Origin: Oligoflexales bacterium
GTDB taxonomy: Bacteria; Bdellovibrionota_B; Oligoflexia; Oligoflexales; CAIYRB01
DNA length: 64,000 bases
NCBI GenBank assembly: GCA_041736175.1
Contig: JBGSUI010000219.1
Coordinates: 1 to 64,000 of the forward strand
Direction of reading: 5' to 3'
Shown: positions 1-9,114 of the stretch, one piece after another
Layout: each line of letters starts with the position of its first letter
Numbering within the stretch: position 1 is the stretch's first letter
Notes under the pieces: generated by a model
What the model was told of the DNA's origin: nothing
The model's database searches: none
Seen by the model: only the letters and a program-made list of their open reading frames with translations
Position numbers and translations under genes: made by a program

Positions 1-563
1 CTTTCAAACAGAAACTCAGTTAGTTGATTGCCTGACAGCTGTTTTTACCCTAATTCAAAGGAGACCAGCACTAATTCGCAATTACTTACGTCCATTTATT
101 TAACTAGCATGTCCTTTTAAATATGCACAGCTGTATAGACACAAAACTGCAAACATTTGCGGATCAAGGGCAGATTTTTGATCAAAGATGGTGACGAGTT
201 AGTTTGTGTTCATGAATCCATTCAAGACCAGGTTTGTAAATCATCAACCCATAATGAACATTTAGGACCCTGAGAAAATGCTTTAAATGCAGATTCATTT
301 TACCGCATTCGCGCTCGTCATTATAGTGAAGCAGTAGAGGATTTTATAATTGGAATTTTACGCTCAATACGCGGGGTCGTTGATGCTTCGAGAATTCACT
401 GTTTATCGTCTTTGGCAAAAAAAATGAGCGAGAGCTCTTTTTGTCTCTTTGTGCGGCACAAGTTGCGAAGGGTAATTTTAATATAAGGGCGCTTATGGCT
501 ATGCTTGATCATTGGATAACATCTCATAGAAATAGCTTTTAGGGCTTTTGGGTGAATCGCCCA

Positions 564-755
564 CTATGTCCTTTCACCGCGGCACGCCAGTTCCCAAAGC
601 CGTGCGCTGACTACTTGGGCAAAATTGCTAGCAGAGAGAATGGACTCACGACCATCCGTCCTGACGAGCAAGTCATCCCCCTTATATAGAGCCAGGGCAG
701 GCCTGCCGTCTTCCAATTGTGCTCCCACCCACGCACGTACCCTCGTGTTGGGCAA
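564..755 (-). other. Short ORF or gene relic downstream of pnkp
   Basis: 63-aa ORF with a TTG start and no clear RBS; no family recognised. Confidence 0.25.
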
Positions 756-817
756 AGATCCCCACCATCCATAATAAGCATTTTTACTAATATTTATGAT
801 CGGCTTATAAACAGAGA

Positions 818-3358
818 TTAGAGCCTAGGATCAATGGCCTCACTCTCTAAACCTAATATCCCCACTATGCACTCATGCACGCGCCTCAGGGGCTCTCGTT
901 TGACAAAGCGATCGAGAGCCTCAAGGCTCAGCATAAATTCTCGCATCGCCAGAGAATGCTTCATGGACAGGCTCCTCCGCCGCAACCGTTCCAGATTTCC
1001 ATCCATCGTGTATTCTGGACCATAGATGATGCGAAGATATTCTCTACCCCTGACTTTCAATGCGGGTTGAATCATTCCGTTGGGTCCTTGGGGAATAAAA
1101 TCGACGGGCTTTACGACCATGCCCTCGCCACCGAGGGTGGTCAGCGACTCCCACCAATGGATCCCTCGGCTAACGTCATCTGGATTTTTGGGGTCCAAGA
1201 CTAGACACTTGGTCGTTTGGAGGATCTCCTCATCCCCTCTCCATAGATCCGCAAGAGTCTCCATGTGCCAGATGTGGTCCTTGTCTGTATAGGTCGTCCC
1301 TTCGCTGGCCAGAATATGAAAGGGCGCCAACCGAATGTCGCTCACTGATGAGACTGGCCAGCAGTAACGCTGATAGGCGGCAACATATTTTTCCACCAAC
1401 CTCAAGCGCTGCTCTTGATGAGCAAGCGCCTCAGTAAGAGGGAGACCTCGCTCAATGGCCATGCCCATCGAAACCATCGACGCCTGGAGGTCCAGGGTCG
1501 CTGCTTTTCCTACTGCTGCATACTGGCTTTCAACGAGATCCTGAGCCTTAAGCGACCAGGGCATCAGCTCGCAATCAAGGCAAATCCAATCAGTGGATAA
1601 ACGCTTCCAAAATTCCCGGGCCGTGAGCACGGCGTGAATGCGCTGAAAAAATTGCTGTTCGAGCTGGGGATCCTGAAAGAAGCGCCGACCCGTGCGCGTG
1701 TAGCAAATCCCTATGGCATTGGAGGCTAAACCAAAACGATTTTTGAGACTGGTCTCATCGCGGCCCATAATAAGAACTGCCCGCGATCCCATATGCTTCT
1801 CCTCACATATGACCTTGGAGATTCCGCGCTTTTCAAAAAAGTTAAACGCTTCCCGGGGGTGCTCGAGATAGCCGGTCTCACTCGCCGTGGGCGATGGTGC
1901 CATCGTCGGCGGCAGGTAAATCAGACAGCGAGGATCGAGGGCGAAGCGGCTTAATTGTTCGACGGCTGCTGCGACTCGCTCTTCGCCGATGGAAATAGAC
2001 TTTCCAGTCGTCGTCTCAATGGTTTTCCTCCCGGTAAAATCTTTCAGATCTAATAGGGTATCAAGCGGATCGGTGCCGACCGAAGGATGTCCGTGGCTCA
2101 TCAAGGGTTTGGTTGGCACGCAATAGACCTGGGCTGCCGCCACTGAGACAAGTTCTTTTTCTGGATAGCGCAATGCCGTCAGTTTGCCACCGAAGACACA
2201 GCCGGTATCAATGTTGAGGGTATAGTTGAGCCACTCCGCCTCGGGAACAGGGGTATGCCCATAGACGACCATACTCTTGCCACGGTATTCGGCAGCCCAA
2301 TTAAGGCGAACGGGCAGCCCATACTCGTCGATCTCACCCGTCGTCTCGCCGTAGAGGGCAAAGCTGCGAACCTGCCCCGAACCTCTACCTTGCATGCTCT
2401 CCTTCAGTCCCGCATGGGCAACAACAAGACGTCCCTCATCAAGGATACGATGGGACACGAGACCATCCACAAAAGCCACGATTTGGTCCCTAAATTCTTC
2501 TGATTCGTGGGCTAGTTGGTCGAGGGATTCCTGGAGCCCATGGTTGACCTTTACCTTCTGTCCGCGCAGCTTTTTGACAAGTTTGAAATCATGGTTGCCT
2601 GGAACGCAGAAAGCCTGCCCCCTCTCGACCATGTTCATAACCAGACGGAGGACGCCGGGGGTATCTGGCCCGCGATCAACCAGATCTCCGAGAAAAACAA
2701 CTCGTCGCCCCTCTGGCGCTTGGACCGAATCCTTATCAAGAAATTCATAACCTAGCTTACGCATTAATAGGTCGAGTTCTAGCCGGCAGCCGTGAATGTC
2801 GCCGATGATATCAAAGGGGCCTTTTTCCTCTCTAAAATCGCTCCACATTTTCTGCCGTTCGATGGTGACGGCATCAATAACATCTTCCGATCGCAGCCGA
2901 AAGATATAACGAAATCCTTCGTTCTCAAGCCGCTTGAGGACGTTGGACATCTGGGCAAACTGAGCTTTGAGTACATGGGTTGGCCGGGCACCATCAGACC
3001 GCAGTCGATTTCTCTCAAGACAGATACCTTCATCAAGCTCAAATGCTATGATTGCAGGAAAAACATGGAATTCCTTGGCTAGCACCAACAGATTTTTCCT
3101 GGCTCCAACCTGAAGATTGGTTGCATCGATGACGGTGAGCAGACCCCGTGCGAGTCTTTTTTTGAGAATAAGATTCAACACCTCGAAGGCGTCTGCAGTG
3201 GCTGCTTGGTCTGAAGCATCGCCGCTGACCAGCGCGCGAAAGCTATCGGACGACAGCACTTCGGTCTCCTTAAAATGCCGACGCGCAAAAGTGGTCTTAC
3301 CGGAACCAGAAGGTCCGAGGAGCAGAATGAGCGAGAGTTCTGGAACAGAGATTTTCAT
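818..3358 (-). CDS. pnkp: Polynucleotide kinase-phosphatase-ligase (bacterial Pnkp, RNA repair)
   Basis: 846 aa. N-terminal P-loop GPSGSGKT; metallophosphoesterase motifs GDIHG, GDLVDRG and GNHD; C-terminal ligase motif EEKHMGSR. ATGA overlap with hen1. Confidence 0.97.
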   Translation of the reverse strand: MKISVPELSLILLLGPSGSGKTTFARRHFKETEVLSSDSFRALVSGDASDQAATADAFEVLNLILKKRLARGLLTVIDATNLQVGARKNLLVLAKEFHVFPAIIAFELDEGICLERNRLRSDGARPTHVLKAQFAQMSNVLKRLENEGFRYIFRLRSEDVIDAVTIERQKMWSDFREEKGPFDIIGDIHGCRLELDLLMRKLGYEFLDKDSVQAPEGRRVVFLGDLVDRGPDTPGVLRLVMNMVERGQAFCVPGNHDFKLVKKLRGQKVKVNHGLQESLDQLAHESEEFRDQIVAFVDGLVSHRILDEGRLVVAHAGLKESMQGRGSGQVRSFALYGETTGEIDEYGLPVRLNWAAEYRGKSMVVYGHTPVPEAEWLNYTLNIDTGCVFGGKLTALRYPEKELVSVAAAQVYCVPTKPLMSHGHPSVGTDPLDTLLDLKDFTGRKTIETTTGKSISIGEERVAAAVEQLSRFALDPRCLIYLPPTMAPSPTASETGYLEHPREAFNFFEKRGISKVICEEKHMGSRAVLIMGRDETSLKNRFGLASNAIGICYTRTGRRFFQDPQLEQQFFQRIHAVLTAREFWKRLSTDWICLDCELMPWSLKAQDLVESQYAAVGKAATLDLQASMVSMGMAIERGLPLTEALAHQEQRLRLVEKYVAAYQRYCWPVSSVSDIRLAPFHILASEGTTYTDKDHIWHMETLADLWRGDEEILQTTKCLVLDPKNPDDVSRGIHWWESLTTLGGEGMVVKPVDFIPQGPNGMIQPALKVRGREYLRIIYGPEYTMDGNLERLRRRSLSMKHSLAMREFMLSLEALDRFVKREPLRRVHECIVGILGLESEAIDPRL

Positions 3359-4731
3359 CGGCTAAAGATTCCTATCTGGGTCGGATGACCTAAGTTTGAG
3401 TCTTCCCAACCAACTCCATCAAACGAAACGTTGTAGCCATAGTCTCTTGCAACGCGCTCCGCCCATTCTTTAAATTCCTTGCGAGTCCACTCAAAGCGAT
3501 GATCCGCATGCCTTAACTGGCCAGGCGCAAACATTCCATAGAGGACATTAAACTCTCGATTGGGAGTTGTGACAATGACAAGTCGAGACCGTGCTATTCC
3601 AAAGACCACCTGCTCTAAAGAGGCCAGGCGATCCCTATCTATGTGCTCGATAACTTCCACGAGACTCATTGCATCAAAGCCCCTCAGTCTTTGGTCGCGA
3701 TAAAGGAGAGATCCTTGGAAGAGGTTCAGCTTCGCACGCTGCGACGGGGGCAGCTTGTCGTGCTCAATACGTTCGCGCGCTCTATTTAAAGCATCGTTTG
3801 AAACATCCAGACCCACAATCTGAGTAAAAGGCTTATGGGCGAGGAGCTTTCTTATGAGCGATCCCGTGCCGCACCCGCAGTCGATCACCTTTTCGGCCCC
3901 CGACTCCCGTAGCAGCGTAGCCACTTTCTCGAGACGCTGTTCATTGAGTCTCAATGGACGCTCTAAGAGGACATCTTTTCCAAATGAGGACTCCTGCATG
4001 CTATCAGGGTCGGGCTCATGCTGTTCATCAAGGATTTGGCCTGCTCGTTTGGTCAAATGCCGCTGATGCTTCAGGTAGCGATTGACGATGCGCTCACGCT
4101 GGGGGTGCTCGGCAAGCCAACCCTCGCCCTTGCTGACCAGCTTATGGATCTCTTCCTGATCGATCCAATAATGCTTGGGTCCATCCAGAACAGGAAGAAG
4201 CACATAGAGATGCCTCAGGAGGACCGCGATCGGCAGCTTATTCTGGAGCTTTACCTTGAAGTAGGGGCTCAGTCCCCACTCAGGAAAGGTCTCGTCGAGG
4301 AGAAATGAGTCGATAGTGATATCATAATCAAGCGGTTCGAAGAGTTCGAAAATATCGTTCTCTCCACCCGGAGAAGAAAGGGGAGCCACGAGAACTTCAA
4401 AGGATAGTGGTAGGGGAGCGAGATCGGGCCGCTCCTTGCAGCGACCATTCATCGCGGTCCCAAACGCTTTGGCGAGGGCCACGCTCAGAAATGAAGATGA
4501 CACATAAGGTCTATCGTTTACATATTGATCCTGAGTTTTACCACGCACCAGACCGACAGAATCGATTTCGAGCTGAAGGGACACTGTGCAGCGGGTCTCG
4601 GTGGCTTCAGGATAGTAAACCAGAGATTTGCCAAAGCTAAGATCGAGATTATGGATACGTCCGGGATTTTTGTGCAGCAGGTAGCCCAAATCAGTCGCAT
4701 TCTCGGCATTTAAGGTGATCGCAAGCAGCAT
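3355..4731 (-). CDS. hen1: 3'-terminal RNA ribose 2'-O-methyltransferase Hen1
   Basis: N-terminal ATDLGYLLHKNP (Hen1-L domain); SAM motif DCGCGTG; metal-binding EVIEH and RHADHRFEW; directly upstream of pnkp. Confidence 0.97.
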   Translation of the reverse strand: MLLAITLNAENATDLGYLLHKNPGRIHNLDLSFGKSLVYYPEATETRCTVSLQLEIDSVGLVRGKTQDQYVNDRPYVSSSFLSVALAKAFGTAMNGRCKERPDLAPLPLSFEVLVAPLSSPGGENDIFELFEPLDYDITIDSFLLDETFPEWGLSPYFKVKLQNKLPIAVLLRHLYVLLPVLDGPKHYWIDQEEIHKLVSKGEGWLAEHPQRERIVNRYLKHQRHLTKRAGQILDEQHEPDPDSMQESSFGKDVLLERPLRLNEQRLEKVATLLRESGAEKVIDCGCGTGSLIRKLLAHKPFTQIVGLDVSNDALNRARERIEHDKLPPSQRAKLNLFQGSLLYRDQRLRGFDAMSLVEVIEHIDRDRLASLEQVVFGIARSRLVIVTTPNREFNVLYGMFAPGQLRHADHRFEWTRKEFKEWAERVARDYGYNVSFDGVGWEDSNLGHPTQIGIFSR

Positions 4732-4781
4732 TAAATCCTCGGGTTGTAAGAGGGTGTCAACTTTTCACTCTTCGAAAAGAC

Positions 4782-4894
4782 CTTTAGACTCCTATCTTAA
4801 CCTATAGTCATGACTCGGTGAGTACCAGAGGGGAAAAGCCCCTCCCGCAGCCACACCTCAACCTGACCTTTACGAGTCGCTTAGGAGCCTAAAG
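4782..4894 (-). repeat. 113-bp element bounded by 13-bp inverted repeats, with nested stems, in the hen1 leader
   Basis: CTTTAGACTCCTA (4782-4794) / TAGGAGCCTAAAG (4882-4894); inner GACTCG/CGAGTC (4812-4817 / 4873-4878); GAGGGG-AAAAG-CCCCTC (4828-4844). Confidence 0.6.
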
Positions 4895-5023
4895 CGAAAG
4901 ACTCTTGGCAAATGAGTACGAGATCAGCTCTTTATTTTTGGTTTGCTGATATGCGTCTTCCTTATGGGAATAATCTCGAATTTTAGTCGCTGAGAACTTC
5001 TCAAAATGCGCGCGAACTAATGA
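4889..5023 (-). pseudogene. C-terminal remnant of a Panacea/DUF4065 (SocA/GepA-like) antitoxin-domain gene
   Basis: VRAHFEKFSATKIRDYSHKEDAYQQTKNKELISYSFAKSLSL resembles the C-terminus of DUF4065 proteins (FSAxxIxxxSH-x-E...ELISYxxA); the N-terminal part is missing; 5' boundary approximate. Confidence 0.55.
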
Positions 5024-5073
5024 AGAGGCCATAATGATATTTACGCTGGTACTTTCCGCGATCGCGATATAGC

Positions 5074-5355
5074 CTAGGCAGCCGCTTCTCCCGGAATTTG
5101 TTCTGGTGTCTTTCCCGAACTCCACACCTTCCAGGCAACAGCAATGGCTTCTCGATATTTTTCAATCCACTCGCAAACACTCATGTGAACAGACGGACGA
5201 AGACTCCCATCGACGATGTCACCTGTCTCAATATCGATTTTGGCAATGAGTCCTTCAGACTCGTGGTGAACCACAATTGTCGGTCTTGACAGCGCAACGA
5301 AATCTATGAAGATAACGTCTGAGGGGTTCGATTTAGGATAGATTTTTGATAGCAT
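5074..5355 (-). CDS. Degenerate DUF4160-like small protein
   Basis: Probable ATG at 5355 (GAGG upstream), 93 aa. AKIDIETGDIVDGSL...VCEWIEKYREAIAVAW...GKTPEQIPG matches the DUF4160 pattern but lacks the HxPxHxH motif. Confidence 0.65.
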   Translation of the reverse strand: MLSKIYPKSNPSDVIFIDFVALSRPTIVVHHESEGLIAKIDIETGDIVDGSLRPSVHMSVCEWIEKYREAIAVAWKVWSSGKTPEQIPGEAAA

Positions 5356-5632
5356 CTTTGACCTCGCTCCGGCACCTTTCGTATAGATCATGCCCCCATA
5401 AATCGAAACCATTTGGCCATACGATATCACCGTCTTTGGCTTCTGCCTTGATAAAGGTATCGGCATCAAATAGGGGGGTCGTGAATTCAGTCTTTTTAAG
5501 CCCTTGTCGGAAGACTCTGGCGTCTAGAATTTTGATAGATCCGTCATCAAATCTCACAGTAGCGGTCATTCCTCGCCCAGCACGGAAGGAAACCGCCTTA
5601 AAAAATCTCTTATTATTACCTAGAGTTGTCAT
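5333..5632 (-). CDS. DUF2442 family protein (DhiA-like antitoxin)
   Basis: VRFDDG...PLFDADTF...IVWPNGFDL..DLY signature; GAGGAG RBS; follows a DUF4160 gene. Confidence 0.85.
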   Translation of the reverse strand: MTTLGNNKRFFKAVSFRAGRGMTATVRFDDGSIKILDARVFRQGLKKTEFTTPLFDADTFIKAEAKDGDIVWPNGFDLWGHDLYERCRSEVKDAIKNLS

Positions 5633-5659
5633 TCACACTCCTCGTTTCCTACTATATAA

Positions 5660-5974
5660 TTAATCAACCAAACCGTCGATAGCATCCGGCCTCTTACCTA
5701 TCATGCAATTTTTGAACCGACGCACTAGCTTTCTTCGGTGCTTGATAAGCCATTTCTGCAATTTATCATAATCCCAGGGATCTATCGCTCCGTCGAGGAT
5801 TTCTCCATTCGAAATCTTAATCCTACAATTATTGCCTTTAGAGTCGCGAACATGGATATGTCCTGGACCATGTTCCTGCTTTCCACCTGGATGGGCGAAA
5901 TCAGAATTAACATACATATCAATGCGAATGTTGAGATTTCCCTTTTTCCATATCAGCTGCGCAAGTCGGACCAA
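5660..5974 (-). CDS. DUF4160 family protein (DhiT-like putative toxin)
   Basis: IRIDMY...EHGPGHIHV...I.I.NGEILDG...W...H...L motif; TTG start after GAGGGAG. Confidence 0.85.
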   Translation of the reverse strand: MVRLAQLIWKKGNLNIRIDMYVNSDFAHPGGKQEHGPGHIHVRDSKGNNCRIKISNGEILDGAIDPWDYDKLQKWLIKHRRKLVRRFKNCMIGKRPDAIDGLVD

Positions 5975-6249
5975 AAGCTCCCTCGTATTTTACTAAACAT
6001 CTTCGTTGCTATATCAAGGTGCCGGAAGAACGGTCTACCTTTGCAAACTACTAAAAATAGCTGTCTGGACGGTCCCGAATGTATTCCATGGGATAACCAG
6101 CGATGCGACCTTTGCGCCGACCTCCTCATAGATAGGGCAATCAATAGCCTTTTTTTGGGAACCAATGGCTAGTGAATAGCTATTTCTATGATCCCAATCT
6201 AGGTCAAAGCTGGCTTTCACCATACATATTTCTGTATCATTGTAGCGGC

Positions 6250-6396
6250 GGATTTCCTAGCGAAAATCCTTAGCACGTTCGCCTTTACTCGCCCCTGTAG
6301 GAGCGAGATTACGGCGAACATCTGTTCAAACTATTTTCCTGTAAACAGACTTTTTGCATAGGGGAGGGGTGTGACCACCATCCGGTGTCACACCCC
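6250..6396 (-). ncRNA. Candidate structured RNA or leader with four consecutive hairpins
   Basis: Stems at 6366-6396, 6321-6349, 6277-6319 and 6250-6269; single mismatches in three of them become G-U pairs only on the minus strand. Confidence 0.4.
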
Positions 6397-6433
6397 CCAA
6401 CTAGCCAGTCTTTGCTGTAGGAACTCGCCAGGT

Positions 6434-7036
6434 TTAATTAGACTTTGTAATGCTTGACCAATCGAGTGGACGATCGGGATCTGCTGTATTGATAGCTGGG
6501 GAGGGATCAGTAGGAAAAGGCGGAGGAAGAGGAATAGGAAAAGGGATAGGCCGCGGTGCCTCTGGGCATGTGAACACCTCCTGAAATTGGCTAATAACTC
6601 CTTGGGTCGCACTGGTTAAGTTAACACTTACGCCACTGCGCACAACTATTGTCCTGCCATCTTCGCATTCCTGAACGTTATATTGTGTCACAAAATAAAC
6701 CTCGCCGTAGTTGACTTCGACTGCAGCAACATCGGTCGAAGTCGGTTTTTGCGGTGGCATACCAGGCCTAGGGTAGCCCGGTGACGAAGCTGCGGACTTG
6801 CGATAAATGGATTTCCACTCAGATGGAGTGCTACGGTTTTGGGTCACAAGGATCGCAGATGCATAGGCGATATCTTTATTATGCTGGTGAAGATTAATGG
6901 GAATGGGATGGCTGGGACTGCTAGGTGGCCTGGGACCTGGATAGTTTGGATTTGGCAAAGTATCTGTTGGTTCACCTCCAAAAGACAAACTTGAAACAGC
7001 AAAGATGACAAATGGTAGCATACGATAGCTCTTCAT
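6434..7036 (-). CDS. Secreted proline-rich hypothetical protein
   Basis: ATG at 7036 after GGAGG; Sec-type signal peptide MKSYRMLPFVIFAVSSLSFG; several Pro-rich tracts; two Cys. Confidence 0.8.
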   Translation of the reverse strand: MKSYRMLPFVIFAVSSLSFGGEPTDTLPNPNYPGPRPPSSPSHPIPINLHQHNKDIAYASAILVTQNRSTPSEWKSIYRKSAASSPGYPRPGMPPQKPTSTDVAAVEVNYGEVYFVTQYNVQECEDGRTIVVRSGVSVNLTSATQGVISQFQEVFTCPEAPRPIPFPIPLPPPFPTDPSPAINTADPDRPLDWSSITKSN

Positions 7037-7077
7037 AATTTTTCCTCCAAGGATGTTGATCACTAGATCACATTTAG

Positions 7078-7107
7078 TAAGTGGAGAAATTGATCTGATT
7101 TGTCTCA
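7078..7107 (-). promoter_or_regulatory. Putative ECF sigma promoter, copy 1 (TGAGACAAA-N16-ACTTA)
   Basis: Same bipartite motif and spacing as at 12104-12133; lies about 40 bp upstream of the start codon. Confidence 0.7.
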
Positions 7108-7176
7108 GCCTAGTATAAATATTTTTTAGTTTGTTGTTTTTACCAAACAGACTTACAACACTGACTCAGACATTCC

Positions 7177-9114
7177 CTAAGGAAACGAGGCGCCAGCTTC
7201 AGGATTTGGTAGTTGAGCCGGATTTTTAAAGAATGGCTCCCAATCTTTGTAGTTCTTGACAATTCCTGATTGATCCTCGAAGAAATTGTGCTGAAAATCT
7301 GTCGATAAGTAATCGGTAGGCAGGGCGTTGTCTTTAGGCATATTCAACCAATAGTTGTCCGGATCTTGTCTTAAAACATTATTTTTAACAAATTTGAGCA
7401 GGCCGACCTTCCCTGATCGCTCGAAATTGATTTGCGACTGAATCCATTCACTTTTAAAAATAGCTATGCTCCCGATTGGTAAGAGCGCCCCAGGGGCTGG
7501 ATCTATAGGAGACGCTGGTGTATTTGAGGGTATGGTCTTAGGTAGCTGAGGTCCGTAGTCAATAACCAGTAGGCTTGATATAAATCGATTCGCTTCAGCG
7601 ATCCAACTGAAATCTCCGGATAGGTAGATCTTCATATCTTGAAACACTATCTCTTTTAGACTCCAAGCTGGAACGGATTTAGGCTCCCATTTTGGTATAG
7701 AACTCCCTACTTGAAAAAACAATAAACCCCCGTAAAATCTCGTAAAATTAATCTTGCTACTAGGATCTTGAATCGTCAAGAACCCTTGCTCCCCCCGTTC
7801 ATCTCGGGTATCCCAATAGATTGGAGCAGCCTGACTGCCCTTAAAATCAACGGTTTGTTTAAACAACGCGCTGCCATGTATTGTGGCACCAGCTTCGATC
7901 TGAACTGGAAAATTAAAGACCAAAGCACCCGTTTGTGCGGCCGAAGAAGTCGCATCTGTGCGTGTATCAGTCCCACGACTAGCCTCAGAAGTAGAGGTCT
8001 CTACATCAGAATCCGCTAATGACAGCGATCTTAAAACCAACCGAGACCATTTCTCAGCTTGGCCTATCAAAGCCACTTTTTCACCTCGATTGATGTCTAT
8101 GGGCCCCTGAGGCGATTCGGTTATAATACGCCAGCTTTGGTCGTAAAGAGTGTTGTAAAACCTTACATTGATCGGATCAGTGACTTTGCCAAAGACATCC
8201 ATAAACTGCAAACTCAAGGCTCTAAATCCAGGTCTTTTTTGTTCTAGAACGATCTCTTGCTGAAAATCAACCCATGAGCTGTTATTTTTGTTTTCAGGAT
8301 CATTGATCATGGAATCATAAAGCGTCCGCATAAAGCGGACATCTTTAGATCTTTGAATCTTAAGGCGAGTCGTAAGTCCTCTGACGATATGACCCTCACT
8401 CCCTACGATCCTAATTTCGACCTCTGGAAAACCTAGAGGTTCCAAGTTTACGCCAAAATGACTCTTGCTTGTAAGCTCTAACCCTTCACGAGCCACTGGC
8501 TTATAAAGCATATGATTGGCCATGAGTCGATAGGCTCCCCGAGGAACCTCCATCATATAGTTTCCCTCACTATCACTCACCGTAGAAAAAGGACTGCCGT
8601 CAATCGACAGCCGCGTGTCTGGCACAGGAGCGCTTCCAGATTTGACTTGGCCATAGAGAGTCTGGAGAGACTCCAACTCGATGGAGTTTATCTCCAGAAA
8701 TGCGTGCTCAGGATTATCCAAATCTAAAGTTCGCCCAATGCCAGAAGATGCGAGAATATAAAGACGCTGACGTCCTTTAGGCAAGTTACCAATCAAAAAC
8801 CCGCCTTTTTCGTTGGTGGTTGTATAAACTGGGCTACCATGGACAAATACTTTGGCAAAGGGGACGGGTTCACCTTTGTGGTTGACGGACTTACCGACCA
8901 CTGTTTGCTCGGGGAGTTTTGTGGGATCCTTGATTTGAAGCCCGTAGACATTAAGAAAATACTCGTGCCCATCGCTAATCCCCCCCTTGCCACAACCGAG
9001 TATTATTCCAAGAATCAACAGGAGAAGAAAAGGACTCGTGTTCTGACCTCTAAATAATTTACATTTTATCATCAAATTTTTCTCCTTAATCACAATACGG
9101 TTCCTAAACTCCAC
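7177..9114 (-). CDS. Lipoprotein with tandem carboxypeptidase-regulatory-like (beta-sandwich) domains and a probable beta-helical C-terminus
   Basis: Lipobox ILGC after a hydrophobic stretch; two repeats of G.V...G.PVP.A.V.V.GSP..T.T...G.F.....P.G...L; start codon uncertain. Confidence 0.75.
   Translation of the reverse strand: MEFRNRIVIKEKNLMIKCKLFRGQNTSPFLLLLILGIILGCGKGGISDGHEYFLNVYGLQIKDPTKLPEQTVVGKSVNHKGEPVPFAKVFVHGSPVYTTTNEKGGFLIGNLPKGRQRLYILASSGIGRTLDLDNPEHAFLEINSIELESLQTLYGQVKSGSAPVPDTRLSIDGSPFSTVSDSEGNYMMEVPRGAYRLMANHMLYKPVAREGLELTSKSHFGVNLEPLGFPEVEIRIVGSEGHIVRGLTTRLKIQRSKDVRFMRTLYDSMINDPENKNNSSWVDFQQEIVLEQKRPGFRALSLQFMDVFGKVTDPINVRFYNTLYDQSWRIITESPQGPIDINRGEKVALIGQAEKWSRLVLRSLSLADSDVETSTSEASRGTDTRTDATSSAAQTGALVFNFPVQIEAGATIHGSALFKQTVDFKGSQAAPIYWDTRDERGEQGFLTIQDPSSKINFTRFYGGLLFFQVGSSIPKWEPKSVPAWSLKEIVFQDMKIYLSGDFSWIAEANRFISSLLVIDYGPQLPKTIPSNTPASPIDPAPGALLPIGSIAIFKSEWIQSQINFERSGKVGLLKFVKNNVLRQDPDNYWLNMPKDNALPTDYLSTDFQHNFFEDQSGIVKNYKDWEPFFKNPAQLPNPEAGASFP

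Noticed and set aside
1..560. Interrupted reading frames suggestive of a decayed gene
   Set aside because: Multiple stops in the frames examined and no recognisable family; cannot support a call
5356..5469. N-terminal extension of ORF 5074..5469
   Set aside because: Lies inside the DUF2442 gene in another frame; ATG at 5355 with an RBS fits better
6035..6223. 62-aa ORF upstream of the DUF4160 gene as a fourth cassette member
   Set aside because: No convincing RBS or motif; cannot be distinguished from chance
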